Origin: a virus
Taxonomy: Duplodnaviria; Caudoviricetes
Strand: one strand, 5' to 3'
Length of the DNA: 64,000 nucleotides
Virus record (IMG/VR): IMGVR_UViG_3300011868_000001
Location: 128,001-192,000 of that record
Under the pieces are notes generated by a model. That model ran no database searches, had not been told where the DNA came from, and saw only the letters and a list, made by a program, of their open reading frames with translations. A program made the position numbers and the translations under genes. The stretch's first letter is position 1, and every line of letters begins with the position of its first letter. Shown here piece by piece: positions 1-10,223 of the stretch.

Positions 1-326
1 AGGTTGATGAAGGCCTTGATCCCAGTTGGGACACGGAGCCACAGGTTGGACTCCAGGGGCTTTTCGGTGATCGGTACCACCTGTGAGAGACAGATCGGAC
101 AGCGGACGTTGTAGTTGTCCATGCTGGTGATGTGCCCACAGTCACAGGAAGCGGTGTTGTTCAGCGAATCGCCATCAAGACTGGTATAGATGAGGTTGTT
201 GAGCTTAAGGCGATCTGCCTCAAGGTCGATGTTGAAGTCATTCATCAGGATCGCAGGATGCGACAGATGACGGAACAGGGTGTCGTAGTGGACTACGCGG
301 AGATAGACGCCATTACGTTCTTTCAT
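1..326 (-). CDS. Non-virion RNA polymerase beta'-like subunit, N-terminal part (phiKZ gp55-like); runs off the window
   Basis: Manual translation from ATG at 326: MKERNGVYLRVVHYDTLF...SCDCGH...RCPIC...PLESNLWLRVPTGIKAFIN. This is a beta' zinc-binding CxC..CxxC motif, directly downstream of chimallin as in phiKZ-like phages. Not in the ORF track. Confidence 0.75.
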   Translation of the reverse strand, partial: MKERNGVYLRVVHYDTLFRHLSHPAILMNDFNIDLEADRLKLNNLIYTSLDGDSLNNTASCDCGHITSMDNYNVRCPICLSQVVPITEKPLESNLWLRVPTGIKAFIN

Positions 327-376
327 CAACTTTGGCCCTTAAGTGTAGTGGCGATGAAAAATAAAAGACATAGCTC

Positions 377-397
377 GGGGGAGCACTAGGCTCCCCC
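377..397 (-). terminator. Hairpin terminator after chmA
   Basis: GGGGGAGC-actag-GCTCCCCC with an A-tract on its left (U-tract on the minus strand). Confidence 0.65.
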
Positions 398-421
398 TTG
401 CTACGTTAAGGCCGACGCCGA

Positions 422-2353
422 TTAGAAGCTATTGCCGAAGCCAAAGCCGTTACCGACGTTGCTGCGCAGGCTGCGCTGACCATCACCTACCACACGGCGG
501 GACAGCATGCCGTGAGTCAGGTCACCACCGGCGAAGTCGCGGATGCGGGTGTTACCGCGGATGCGACGGTTGCCGAAGCTGTAGTGTGCCTGACGCTGAT
601 CGATGTTGATCTTGCAGTCAGCGACTGCCAGAGCCAGAGCCTCGATGAACTTCGGATTGAAGTACGCGAGGTCGACGTAACGGGCGAACTTCACGTTGGA
701 AGCACCCAGGGCGCTGGTCAGCTGAGTGAACTGCTCGGATACGCGGACTTCCACATCGAGGTCGGTGCGGTCGATCACGTCCTGGTAGTTCAGCGCCGAG
801 ACGCCTTCGTCGTTCGGGTTCTGGGCCAGCCAGCGGAGCAGGTCCCACTCGCGCAGGTCGCGCTCCTGACCCTTCTCGTCGATCCAGGTACCGGTCAGGT
901 AACGGGCACCGGACATTTCCAGCGGCTGCTCAACGCCCAGCTCGCGTGCGCGACGGGAGAAGTTGCCGGCAGTCAGGCGGTCAGCGTAGTCGTACAGACG
1001 GCGGATGGCGTCTGCGGTGACCGAGCTGTCGTTGGCTGCGTCAGCCAGCAGGCTGGTGATCCAGCTGTTGTCGCCACCTTCTTCCAGTTCGATTGCCCAT
1101 GCCAGGCGCTCGTCGACCAGGGAGAAGAAGTACTGACCCCACTTCTGCACGTCCAGGGAGGCACGCGCATCGAACACGACCGGCTCACGGTCAGCATCCG
1201 GGCCGAGGATGTTCAGCAGACCGGTGTCGCGGGTGTCGATCTCACCGCGGGCAACTTCGCCCGGCAGGAAGGTCTGAGCCCAGGCCTGATCCTTGGAGAT
1301 AACCGACGCACCAGCCAGCGCGAGCAGCAGCAGTTCCGGCGTGATGCCGTTGGTGCCGGTGTCCATGCGGTTGATGACGAAGGTCGGGGTGAAGTACGGC
1401 TGATCACGACGCTGGTTGCGTGCCCAACGATCTTCCTGCGCCGGCGGAGTGTACATCAGGTTGACGTAACCGCCCAGGTTGGCCAGCGGGACGCTGACGT
1501 TCTGATCGTTCTTGCGGATCACACCGGCAACGCTGACAGCGATGTCGCTGCGGCGCGGCAGGCCGTCGGCGGACACGGATTCGCGACCGGACAGGTCAAC
1601 GTTGATTTCCAGAGTCGACTGCTTGGTCAGCCACTCGAGGCTGAAGTACAGGTTCGGCTGGAACAGGTCGTTGAACAGAGCAGTCAGAGCGGCCTGCGCG
1701 TAGAACACGACCATGCGTGCTTCGGTGCTTTCCGGCTCGTTGAAGTCGACCTTACGATCGACCACACGCCAGCCTGCGCGGATGATTTCCACGGTGCGGC
1801 GAGTGTTCTGCTCGAAGTTCTTCTTGGCGATGTCGTCGACCAGAGCCAGGTAGCTCTCGGTGATGTAGTCGCTGGCAACGACCGGCAGCTGGTAGCTGCG
1901 GTGGGCGATGTCGACGTTGCGAACGGTCGCTTCGTCGGTCAGGGTGCCTTCCAGAGCCAGAGCGTGGACCAGCACCTTGGTGGTGCCGTTGTCTTCGACC
2001 GGGTAGGCCAGGATGACGGAGGAAACCGACACGTTGTGCTCGGAAGCTTCCAGACCCAGTACCTGAACTTTGCTCAGGTCAATGGCACCAGCACCGGCAA
2101 CCTGACGCTCCGGGGAGAACCAGAACTTGAAGCCCTTGACTGCGCTGACCAGAGCTTCGCCGCTGGTGCGACGGCTCATCGGGGCGCCGAGCAGGCGGTT
2201 CAGGTCGAGCAGGCCAGCTTGCATTTGCGAAGTGGACTGCGCACGGTCTTGACGGTCAGCACGAGCAGCCGGGTTGCTGTTCTCACGCGGGTGGTTCGGC
2301 TGGTCGCCAGTGATGCCATCTTGCTGATTGTTTTGGCTGTCATGAACTGCCAT
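422..2353 (-). CDS. chmA: Chimallin, major phage-nucleus shell protein (phiKZ gp54-like)
   Basis: 643 aa with strong codon bias, disordered Q/N-rich N-terminus and Gly/Phe C-terminal tail. Lies between the nvRNAP beta' gene and the DNA polymerase, behind an early-type promoter; PhuZ is nearby. Confidence 0.8.
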   Translation of the reverse strand: MAVHDSQNNQQDGITGDQPNHPRENSNPAARADRQDRAQSTSQMQAGLLDLNRLLGAPMSRRTSGEALVSAVKGFKFWFSPERQVAGAGAIDLSKVQVLGLEASEHNVSVSSVILAYPVEDNGTTKVLVHALALEGTLTDEATVRNVDIAHRSYQLPVVASDYITESYLALVDDIAKKNFEQNTRRTVEIIRAGWRVVDRKVDFNEPESTEARMVVFYAQAALTALFNDLFQPNLYFSLEWLTKQSTLEINVDLSGRESVSADGLPRRSDIAVSVAGVIRKNDQNVSVPLANLGGYVNLMYTPPAQEDRWARNQRRDQPYFTPTFVINRMDTGTNGITPELLLLALAGASVISKDQAWAQTFLPGEVARGEIDTRDTGLLNILGPDADREPVVFDARASLDVQKWGQYFFSLVDERLAWAIELEEGGDNSWITSLLADAANDSSVTADAIRRLYDYADRLTAGNFSRRARELGVEQPLEMSGARYLTGTWIDEKGQERDLREWDLLRWLAQNPNDEGVSALNYQDVIDRTDLDVEVRVSEQFTQLTSALGASNVKFARYVDLAYFNPKFIEALALAVADCKINIDQRQAHYSFGNRRIRGNTRIRDFAGGDLTHGMLSRRVVGDGQRSLRSNVGNGFGFGNSF

Positions 2354-2414
2354 GATTTACTCCTTGGGTTTTGATGTGTTACTAGGGCCTAGTGAACATC
2401 TTGAAGGCTTGCTT

Positions 2415-2454
2415 CGATATTCACGTTGATAATGTAGAACCGTGATAATTTCGA
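2415..2454 (-). promoter_or_regulatory. Putative early phage promoter for chmA
   Basis: Minus-strand TCGAAAT-N11-TACATTAT; 23 bp identical to 35404-35426. Confidence 0.65.
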
Positions 2455-2683
2455 ATGGAATTCTTATTCCTAGCCTCATTATCATTCGGCACTGGGGTTT
2501 ATTTTTACGGTGTGCACCAAGCAAAGGAAATACCCTCCCGTATCGACAAGGTCAAAACCTTGCCCGGAGCACATCTCCTATACCATATGGATAAACCAGT
2601 TCTTTTTTACTATTTTCATCTCCCACTGGTTGAATAAAGGTTGGCTAATCCTTTGAGACTTTAACTGTCATTGGACCGATCCC

Positions 2684-3790
2684 ATGTACACACTCTTTAA
2701 TACCGAGGCACGACTGCGGCAAACCAACGTCGTCTCCTTTGGGCTGGATTACGTCAAGCGTGAACTGCTTGGGGTCCAAGTCGAGCGTTATAAGCAGTAC
2801 CGGGCAATGAGCCCAGGCTTTATCCGAAGCGATCACCTGATCAACAAGATTCTCAACATGATCGACATTCCCTTTAATGGGGATTTGCCTGACTACTACC
2901 TCCGTGTCGGCAGTATTGTTGATCGACTTGCCGGTCAGATGGGGCTGGTGACCGCCGCCCACCATGGGCGGGTAAGAAACCACAGTCACTTCTACGGCAA
3001 GGGCGTCAATGAGATCATCATTGCCGTGGCTGACGATAACTTAACCCCTGGCGAGATTTGGTTCAACTGGCAACGCATGAGTGCCGTGCGGTTGTTGGCT
3101 CATCCGATCAGTGGCTGTGGTATCATCGAGCTGGATGGATCGAACGATTTCAAGGACATGCCCAATGGCGCAACCGCTGTAATTGAAATCAACATCCCAC
3201 TGCTGGCCTGTCAGTACCAGCTGTGGCGAATGGCAACCAACGCCCTTGCACCCGAAGGTAAAGTGTTTCCAGTGGCGCACTTTATCAGTCAGGTCGTCAT
3301 CCCCAACCTGCTACCCAGTCATTTAGATGTGGCAGTGCTCAACACCCTGCACAGTCTGACCGGTGCTACCGACTATGTGCGGGTGGTCAGCGACATGCCG
3401 TTCTATACCACGGATTTGTATCCTCGGTTGGAGAAGGGTCTACAGGAAGTGCTGGCGCGCATTACCGGGGCGACGTACACCTACAAGGACATCTTGTCGA
3501 TGGTGCCGGTATACGGGAACAACAACCTGTTGCAAACGGTCAAGATGCCGGACATCGCGTTCACCAACCAAGCGATCTGGGCGCTGACCATTGCCAGGCT
3601 TCCGGTCATCGCCCTGCTGCTTAAGCTGGATCAGCTGAGTCGCAACGTCAAGAACGATTCTGAAAAGAACCGTATCCGGCGCAGTCTGCGTGAGGCAGAA
3701 AGTGGCAAGTACCTGGTCAACCAGATTCCACCGATGGTGGCCGCCTGGATTGCACAGTACATCGAGCAAAACATCACGCCGTACCTTTAA
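2684..3790 (+). CDS. Conserved jumbo-phage protein, divergent from chmA
   Basis: 368-aa ORF with natural composition, followed by a hairpin. Confidence 0.75.
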   Translation: MYTLFNTEARLRQTNVVSFGLDYVKRELLGVQVERYKQYRAMSPGFIRSDHLINKILNMIDIPFNGDLPDYYLRVGSIVDRLAGQMGLVTAAHHGRVRNHSHFYGKGVNEIIIAVADDNLTPGEIWFNWQRMSAVRLLAHPISGCGIIELDGSNDFKDMPNGATAVIEINIPLLACQYQLWRMATNALAPEGKVFPVAHFISQVVIPNLLPSHLDVAVLNTLHSLTGATDYVRVVSDMPFYTTDLYPRLEKGLQEVLARITGATYTYKDILSMVPVYGNNNLLQTVKMPDIAFTNQAIWALTIARLPVIALLLKLDQLSRNVKNDSEKNRIRRSLREAESGKYLVNQIPPMVAAWIAQYIEQNITPYL

Positions 3791-3794
3791 ACAT

Positions 3795-3825
3795 AGCGAG
3801 GAGCCCTAGGGCTCCTCGCTTATGC
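3795..3825. terminator. Hairpin terminator between convergent genes, with TATGC flank
   Basis: AGCGAGGAGCCC-ta-GGGCTCCTCGCT followed by TATGCTGTC. Confidence 0.7.
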
Positions 3826-3829
3826 TGTC

Positions 3830-4096
3830 TCACTTGCTGGCTATATCACGGTTGATCAGTTCTGCAATAGCATTAGCGGTCTCAGGATCGAGGTCCTTGA
3901 GTTGTTCAGCCAATGTCATATACAGAATCCAGCGCTCCGGCCCAAGGCCTTCCAGTAGTTCCGCCACCAGCTTTCGGGTCAGTTCAGCTTTCGCACTGAA
4001 AACCGATGTCCGCATGAGCGTGAGCATTTCTGCATCAGTCGCCGCGCGGACTACAGTAACGCCATTGTTATCGACCCTTACTTGCGGGCGGATCAT
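3830..4096 (-). CDS. Hypothetical protein
   Basis: 88 aa, GGAG RBS, continues the operon after the DNA polymerase. Confidence 0.6.
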   Translation of the reverse strand: MIRPQVRVDNNGVTVVRAATDAEMLTLMRTSVFSAKAELTRKLVAELLEGLGPERWILYMTLAEQLKDLDPETANAIAELINRDIASK

Positions 4097-4101
4097 GCTA
4101 A

Positions 4102-4491
4102 CTACTCCAGAATGACTTCAGGACAAAGATTCTTGACCATCAAAGGATCGATTTGCGGGTCGGCAGATTTAAAGTAAGTACGGGTGGCTTCAAGCAAAGC
4201 CACCAACCCAGGATCAGTGGTTTCCTCGGCCACCCGCCTGAGCAGTTCGTCGAAGTCGATAAGGTTACCTTTCTCGACGTCGACACGTACCACCTGCGCG
4301 CCGCGGGTCGCAATTCCTACATAGGGCTTAATCATCATCGAGCTGGTGGTTATCATCGGCAACATTCCCTGAAGGGAGGAGGTAATACCATCCATCCCAG
4401 TCAGGGTGTGCACGCCGACAGGTTTCTTGACTGGAAATGCTAGGATTTTACAACCGTCATTACCAGTCATATCCGGCGTCTTCATCTTCAT
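4102..4491 (-). CDS. Hypothetical protein (start uncertain, 4470-4491)
   Basis: ORF overlapping the 3' end of the DNA polymerase gene. Confidence 0.5.
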   Translation of the reverse strand: MKMKTPDMTGNDGCKILAFPVKKPVGVHTLTGMDGITSSLQGMLPMITTSSMMIKPYVGIATRGAQVVRVDVEKGNLIDFDELLRRVAEETTDPGLVALLEATRTYFKSADPQIDPLMVKNLCPEVILE

Positions 4492-6748
4492 CCTCCTCGA
4501 AGAGATCTTCCTCGTCATCGCTTTCAATGGCGCTGTTAGCATCCGTGGCGGCTGGCTGCAGGTTCACCTCGCCCGACGGCGTATAGATGTCACTGATCAA
4601 ACGGACGTACTTGCTATCGACTTGGAAGATACCCAGTGATTCCAGGATCATGTAAAAGGACTCCAAGATCTCATAGGTCAGTCGACGGATGTCGATCATC
4701 ACCATGACTTCTTCGGGCATCCCAATACCTGACAGGATCGACAGAGGCAGCATGAGGGTCTTGATCTGATCGCGACCTGTGTTGACGCAATACTGGCGCA
4801 GGCGCTCAGCAAACTCAGGGTCGATCGCATCAATCTTGTTCAGCCAATCCTGCATGTCGGTCTTGTTGTTGATCGCCAGAGGCACCTTAATGACCGTGTA
4901 GGGCGGGTGCTCTACGTTGCCGTACTTAGGGGCAAAGACCTCTTGCCACATCAGGTAATGCCGGTAGTTGGTCTTCTCCTGGTGGGGGTTGGCCTTGTTC
5001 ATGTTGGCGTACGATTCCTGAATCTGGGCCGACTTCAGGTAGGTATGCTCGCCCTTCTTGATCGAGTTGTAAATCTCCTGCTCGTGCTGCCAGACCTTGA
5101 TATACAGCTCCTCCAAGGTGAACTGGCGGTTCTCGTCGGCACGGTGCATGACCTCCTTCATCAACTCCTTAGCAGCATTAATGACAGTCGGCGGCACTGT
5201 AGAGGAGCGCAGGGCCACGCCCTTAATCTCCATCTTGTACTTGTCGAACACCAAGCCCTCACGACAGGACATGAACGCGTAGTAGTGCTTAGCGCGGCTG
5301 GTCAGTGTGAATACCGGGAAGGCGTATTCGTTCTTCATTGTCAGGCGGTGCAGTTCCTCGGTCACCACGCCCATGTTGGCAGACAGCTTGGCCAAGACAT
5401 GGATGATGCACTGGCACGCGATGTAGGTTGTGGTGTACCAGATACCGTCGCCTTCCTTGGTGCGCTGTGGGTTATTGGTGTACCAGGTCACCCAGTCCTG
5501 CGTGGTGAAAATCGTCGAGTCGGTGTCGGAAGCCAACACGGTACGGCGCAAGATACCCTTGATGTTCGCCATAGTGGGGCACAGCTGTACAGGAGTCAGG
5601 AACACCCGGATGAAGGTGAAGTACTTCTGCAGCACTCGCTGGACATTGAGCGCCGTACGTGCCACCGCCAGCAGCGCCATCTCATCGCCCTTTTCCTTGA
5701 GTGAGTCAAAGCTCTCACCACGGGTCAAGTCGGCATTGAGGTAGGTGGCCAGTACCTTGGTATCGTCGTCGATTGATTTACCTTTGAGCAAGGTGAACGG
5801 ATCATCGATGGGCGTCAAGTCCTGAGACATGTCGTACTTGATGATCGCGTCCATGAAGCCCCGGACAAATGCATCGTTGTATTTGGCGATGTGGTACAGA
5901 TCACCGGTGTACACAACGATGGCACGCTCCAGCGGACTCAAGCGCTCGATGAACGCCATGATCTGGGCGAACTTGCTTTCTTTACGCCAGTACAGATCGG
6001 TGCTGCGACGGATGCACTCGGCCGTCTGTTCAACCGTTGGGTAAGCCAGACCACACTCATCCATGGCCCGTTGGAACTCGTCGTGCGGCTGACTGGTGAT
6101 CAGCGCCAACATGTTACTCAGTGCAATGGTCGGGGTCCAGTAATGGCGCGAACCGGCAAGCAGGCGCTCGTTATTGGCATTGCCATAACCGGTGGCACTG
6201 CGGCACATCGAGGTCAGGCTGGAGTGACCGGACTTAACGAACAGGATGTTGCCCGAAAAGCCATGCATCCCCGACAGGGAGTTGATTGCAATCTTCTTGG
6301 CGTTCTGTTCGGCGTCCTTGATCTTCTCCAGGACTTCGTCCTTGGCCACCTGTGCGGCGAACATTTCGTTCTTGGCTTTCTTACGCCCAGCAATGCCCGA
6401 TTCAACGAACTTGGCAGAGGGTGACTTCAGGACGTGAGGATTCTCGTAGCAGACCATTGAGGGCGAGAGAATCCGGTTGGTGTCGGTGACGGTCTTGACA
6501 TAATTGAGCAGGGTCATCTCATCCCGGACACGGTTGCCAGGGCTTTCCTGCTTGAGGATCAGCATGTTCGGGTCGCGCAGAGGGAATTTACCGCCACGGG
6601 AGAGGGTCTTCTTCAGAAACTGAAGGCAGCGTTCAGGCGATTCACCTGTCATGCGCTGGAGGAATAGGCTGTTCTGGTCGAAATAGCCTTTCATCAAATT
6701 AAGGTCCCGACGGTACTCTTCCTTAGGTAGAACGAATGGGTTTTCCAT
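4460..6748 (-). CDS. Family-B DNA polymerase, polymerase-domain subunit (phiKZ gp50-like)
   Basis: Motif B KIAINSLSG, motif C SDTDS, KHY and KG motifs, acidic tail; no obvious exonuclease domain, consistent with the split polymerase of this phage group. Confidence 0.85.
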   Translation of the reverse strand: MENPFVLPKEEYRRDLNLMKGYFDQNSLFLQRMTGESPERCLQFLKKTLSRGGKFPLRDPNMLILKQESPGNRVRDEMTLLNYVKTVTDTNRILSPSMVCYENPHVLKSPSAKFVESGIAGRKKAKNEMFAAQVAKDEVLEKIKDAEQNAKKIAINSLSGMHGFSGNILFVKSGHSSLTSMCRSATGYGNANNERLLAGSRHYWTPTIALSNMLALITSQPHDEFQRAMDECGLAYPTVEQTAECIRRSTDLYWRKESKFAQIMAFIERLSPLERAIVVYTGDLYHIAKYNDAFVRGFMDAIIKYDMSQDLTPIDDPFTLLKGKSIDDDTKVLATYLNADLTRGESFDSLKEKGDEMALLAVARTALNVQRVLQKYFTFIRVFLTPVQLCPTMANIKGILRRTVLASDTDSTIFTTQDWVTWYTNNPQRTKEGDGIWYTTTYIACQCIIHVLAKLSANMGVVTEELHRLTMKNEYAFPVFTLTSRAKHYYAFMSCREGLVFDKYKMEIKGVALRSSTVPPTVINAAKELMKEVMHRADENRQFTLEELYIKVWQHEQEIYNSIKKGEHTYLKSAQIQESYANMNKANPHQEKTNYRHYLMWQEVFAPKYGNVEHPPYTVIKVPLAINNKTDMQDWLNKIDAIDPEFAERLRQYCVNTGRDQIKTLMLPLSILSGIGMPEEVMVMIDIRRLTYEILESFYMILESLGIFQVDSKYVRLISDIYTPSGEVNLQPAATDANSAIESDDEEDLFEEDEDEDAGYDW

Positions 6749-6829
6749 GTCTTAAGGCCCTTAAATTACAGCAAAAAGAAAAAAGGTCAGAGTAGCTCAT
6801 AATAGAGCTACTCTTCGTTTTTATTGACG

Positions 6830-7330
6830 TCAGGCGTAGAACGTGATCGAGAACACTTGGGTGTCATCTTCACGGTACGGTTGGAAATCACTCAAGGAAA
6901 ACCAGCAATCGTCACTGTCCTGGTTACGCTTTAGAATCTCCAACATCTGATTATAGCCATTGGGACGATGGGTGGAGTTGATAAAGTTAGTCAACTCCTC
7001 CAACACATCCGCAGCTACGGTCTCGCCGAACATTTCATGAGTCTCATCGATCATGTGCTCGGTCAACGCCATGTCATTGAGTGCTTCGTGTAGCAAGACA
7101 TCAACGATGTAATGCGGTGAGCACAGCACTTTCATGGCGTCAAAGTCATCTTCAGGCAAACGGTGTTTGTCCACGATCCGCTGGAGGGCGTCAACGAACG
7201 TTCCGTAAGCCTCGAACCACTTCTCGTCAAAAGTGAACAGGAAGTGCTGGTCCTTTTCTTCATCACGGGTCAGGCGATAAGTCCAAGGGGCACGCTGATT
7301 AATACTCGATCGAAAAGTCCTGGATGCCAT
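6830..7330 (-). CDS. Hypothetical acidic protein
   Basis: 166 aa in a tightly packed operon. Confidence 0.65.
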   Translation of the reverse strand: MASRTFRSSINQRAPWTYRLTRDEEKDQHFLFTFDEKWFEAYGTFVDALQRIVDKHRLPEDDFDAMKVLCSPHYIVDVLLHEALNDMALTEHMIDETHEMFGETVAADVLEELTNFINSTHRPNGYNQMLEILKRNQDSDDCWFSLSDFQPYREDDTQVFSITFYA

Positions 7331-7688
7331 TTTGAAGGAGTGCCTGTTTGACCAGATTCTCGGTGGAATCGGTAATGTTGTTTATGGTGATCACCAACTT
7401 ACGGTCGGTGAGCACTTCGATGGACTCGTGATTGATCCACGGTACGCCGAGGACTTCCACATCGCCGTTGCTGTAGCGCAGCTTAACGTAGCTGTACGCC
7501 CCGGCAGATTGCGGCAGGTCACTGATGTGGCTCTTGACCTGGGCGTGTTTGGCACGCACGTCGGCCAGCAGCATGGCGGTGTCGAGATCAAGCACCGCTA
7601 CCACAGTGACAGCTTGGCGCGCTGCACCAAGAACAGCGGGCGCGTTGGTGCTGAATTTGACTGTGGAGCCGATATAGTTGGTGATCAT
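7299..7688 (-). CDS. Conserved small beta-rich jumbo-phage protein
   Basis: 129 aa with a GVPWI motif; start coupled to the upstream stop (TAATG). Confidence 0.7.
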   Translation of the reverse strand: MITNYIGSTVKFSTNAPAVLGAARQAVTVVAVLDLDTAMLLADVRAKHAQVKSHISDLPQSAGAYSYVKLRYSNGDVEVLGVPWINHESIEVLTDRKLVITINNITDSTENLVKQALLQNGIQDFSIEY

Positions 7689-7990
7689 TAGCCTGGGCCT
7701 TCCTCAAAGGTTAAGATGTACGTCCCGTCAGTATCTACCACATCGATGTCGATCCAAATGCGATCTGAAAGACTGCTTAGAAAGCGGTCACGGCGCAGCC
7801 GGGTCAACCAGGTCGGATCATGCATGAATTCCTCCGTGAGCACATGGAAGAAGGCACGCATGATCAGCGCTCGAAAGCACTGGCGGACAGTTTCAGGAAG
7901 CTCCCCATAACACGGGGTATCCGGATCGAGAGCGTAAGATACTTCAGGAAGCAGTTCTGCAATTGTGTCCGAAGTATTGATAAGGATCAT
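7688..7990 (-). CDS. Hypothetical protein
   Basis: 100 aa, translationally coupled to the next gene. Confidence 0.6.
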   Translation of the reverse strand: MILINTSDTIAELLPEVSYALDPDTPCYGELPETVRQCFRALIMRAFFHVLTEEFMHDPTWLTRLRRDRFLSSLSDRIWIDIDVVDTDGTYILTFEEGPG

Positions 7991-7999
7991 GTCAATCCC

Positions 8000-8341
8000 T
8001 TAATGAGTAATGGTCACGACCAACACTCGTTCATCTTCAATGTAAGCGGCGTGTATCACCCGCCGCCTGTCCAAACCAGGGGTTGCCCGATCCAACGCGA
8101 AGTAGAGATTGATCATAGCATTTCGCAATGCGATAAAATCATCACCGGAATCTTCGAGGTGGGGTGGGAACAACTGTCCTGCAAAGTCATCAACAAACAA
8201 CTCGCCACGACGGCACCAATCGCAGTACAGGGCATAGATCTCGTCTATGTCGTATTGGTGATCCATCACTTGGGAGAGATCGCTTAGAAACGCCCGGTGG
8301 ATCGGTTCACCATCGAGCAAAATAGTCTTATTACCAGCCAT
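8000..8341 (-). CDS. Hypothetical acidic protein
   Basis: 113 aa, fits the operon packing. Confidence 0.6.
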   Translation of the reverse strand: MAGNKTILLDGEPIHRAFLSDLSQVMDHQYDIDEIYALYCDWCRRGELFVDDFAGQLFPPHLEDSGDDFIALRNAMINLYFALDRATPGLDRRRVIHAAYIEDERVLVVTITH

Positions 8342-8735
8342 CGGATATTCTCACTATGACACTGTCATCAGCCGGATCATAGCTGAGCAGTTCAGTGAGA
8401 AGGGAGTCTACATCACGGTATCTACTCAGTTGTCCGGCAAGGTCTTTGAAAAGAGCGGTCGCAAGATCATAGGCTTCATCTACCTCGACCATCAAGCGGA
8501 CCATTGAAGCATGACCATATCTGTGCCTGTCCATCCAATAACTGAGCACTTCACCATACTCTGCTGCAAGGTTGTTTTTAATCACCCCGCGTAGTGCACA
8601 CGGAACAACCGCGATCAGCAGATCAGGTTTTACACTTGAGAGCCATCCCTTTTCGGCGCGGAGCATGAGCGTCAGGGGTAGTTGTGGTGGCTCCCATGGC
8701 CAGCGGGACGATTTCGACGCAGGCAATATTTGCAT
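8331..8735 (-). CDS. Hypothetical protein (true start probably 8666 or later)
   Basis: ORF in the operon; overlaps its upstream neighbour. Confidence 0.5.
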   Translation of the reverse strand: MQILPASKSSRWPWEPPQLPLTLMLRAEKGWLSSVKPDLLIAVVPCALRGVIKNNLAAEYGEVLSYWMDRHRYGHASMVRLMVEVDEAYDLATALFKDLAGQLSRYRDVDSLLTELLSYDPADDSVIVRISDGW

Positions 8736-9147
8736 CCTCGTTTACCTCCAGCAACCGCACAGACTCACTTTGTTCAACCAAGCGGCCTGTCTGGGCTATC
8801 AGACTTTCGGTAAGGTCCCACAGGATCTTACGGATAAATAGACTTTCGACATCGCTCAACCGACCGTCTGTCAAGATAGACTGAGGGAATCGGTCTTCCC
8901 GCTGTGCGGTCAATGCGTCAGAAAGGTGGGCGAACAACTGATCGAGGCTCATGCCTGTGGCTTGCATCACATTATAGAGATTCTGCAAGAACTCGCCATT
9001 GGTTTCCAAACTGATGATCGCGCGAATCTCGCGAGGCGGCAATGAAGAGGTCTTCATCTGATTCACGGTATCGGACAGCGATAAGCTGGTACGCACGCTT
9101 GGGGGTTTGGGGCGGTAGGTAACGCGTCGCCTCATAATCGGTTTCAT
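8623..9147 (-). CDS. Hypothetical protein (true start probably 9057 or later)
   Basis: ORF in the operon. Confidence 0.55.
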   Translation of the reverse strand: MKPIMRRRVTYRPKPPSVRTSLSLSDTVNQMKTSSLPPREIRAIISLETNGEFLQNLYNVMQATGMSLDQLFAHLSDALTAQREDRFPQSILTDGRLSDVESLFIRKILWDLTESLIAQTGRLVEQSESVRLLEVNEDANIACVEIVPLAMGATTTTPDAHAPRRKGMALKCKT

Positions 9148-9403
9148 AGTAACGCCTCAGATTAGTGATGATCTCGAAAAACGATGATTGGATATCGTCG
9201 AGCCACCAACGTAGCTGATCTTCAATATCGGGGTTGTTCTCTATGATATCGTCCATGTAATAACTGTCATCGAAGACAAAATACGCGATGGCAGCATAGA
9301 GCAAAGCAGAGGCGCCAATACATTCGGCCAGAGATTCACCGAACATATTGAACGCCTGCTTAAACGGTAAAGTCAAAGCGATTGAGTTGATTCCAGTCGA
9401 CAA
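8972..9403 (-). CDS. Hypothetical acidic protein
   Basis: 143 aa, GGAGGT RBS. Confidence 0.6.
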   Translation of the reverse strand: MSTGINSIALTLPFKQAFNMFGESLAECIGASALLYAAIAYFVFDDSYYMDDIIENNPDIEDQLRWWLDDIQSSFFEIITNLRRYYETDYEATRYLPPQTPKRAYQLIAVRYRESDEDLFIAASRDSRDHQFGNQWRVLAESL

Positions 9404-9845
9404 CTTTTCTCACCTCCAATACCATCAATCCATCGCAGTACTCCACCGCCTTACAGGCCATGTTAAAGCTCTTCAATACACTGCTGAAGACCGATCTGAG
9501 TTCGCGAGAGATTTGGTTAATGTCGGACATGTGTCGAAGGCGGCGATCCGGTGGAGTGCGATCCATCCAACTACGGCCGGCCTGTGTGGTTAGCAGTTCC
9601 ATTGACGAAAGTCCACAATTGACCATGTCAATCATGGGTACCATGATCCCGATCTGACCGAGCCTACGATAGTGCCGTTTAAACGTCCCGTGATCCATGG
9701 GCGACTCGACCATCACGTACTTGACCATACCGGGACCGGTATTAATCGTGCAGCGTGAAATCTTGTACGGCTCATAGGCCTGAGGATAGCTCTTCGAAGG
9801 CTCGGCGTAAACGTTCGGGATAGTAATCACCTTGCGTCCGCGCAT
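9360..9845 (-). CDS. Hypothetical protein
   Basis: 161 aa in the operon; start uncertain. Confidence 0.55.
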   Translation of the reverse strand: MRGRKVITIPNVYAEPSKSYPQAYEPYKISRCTINTGPGMVKYVMVESPMDHGTFKRHYRRLGQIGIMVPMIDMVNCGLSSMELLTTQAGRSWMDRTPPDRRLRHMSDINQISRELRSVFSSVLKSFNMACKAVEYCDGLMVLEVRKVVDWNQLNRFDFTV

Positions 9846-10209
9846 GTTGATACTCTTCCTTAATCCTGCTGACCGGGTCGGGCAATCGACGCAAACTGAC
9901 GTCGACTACAATCGTCTCATTACCCGCATCGTACATCAGCGTCGCTATCTCAGCCGGTGAACGGGTAAACGAGTCGACCAACCCTAGAAAGGAGGCGACA
10001 ATGTGGTCGATAGGTGAGTAATCGTTAAGCCTGCCGCCAAACAATTCAATCACCACGCCAATGAGGTCGTCGCCTTCCGACTGGTTATATTCCTGAACCA
10101 ATGCGTGCACGGTTTCGGGAATTTCACGCGGGAAATCCAAAGCGTTGTGAGCCTCCAGCAACGCTTCGATAGTACGTTCAAGTTCAGCGGTCGATACCAG
10201 ATATTGCAT
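9772..10209 (-). CDS. Hypothetical acidic protein
   Basis: 145 aa, AGGAGG RBS. Confidence 0.65.
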   Translation of the reverse strand: MQYLVSTAELERTIEALLEAHNALDFPREIPETVHALVQEYNQSEGDDLIGVVIELFGGRLNDYSPIDHIVASFLGLVDSFTRSPAEIATLMYDAGNETIVVDVSLRRLPDPVSRIKEEYQHARTQGDYYPERLRRAFEELSSGL

Positions 10210-10223
10210 CCAGTCCTCCTGCG

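Noticed and set aside
512-2374. 620-aa plus-strand ORF opposite chmA; likewise 28478-30466, 26368-27402, 38372-39418, 41023-42144 and 47601-49073
   Set aside because: Antisense shadows of codon-biased genes, with unnatural V/D/Q/H-rich composition and no evident RBS or domain.
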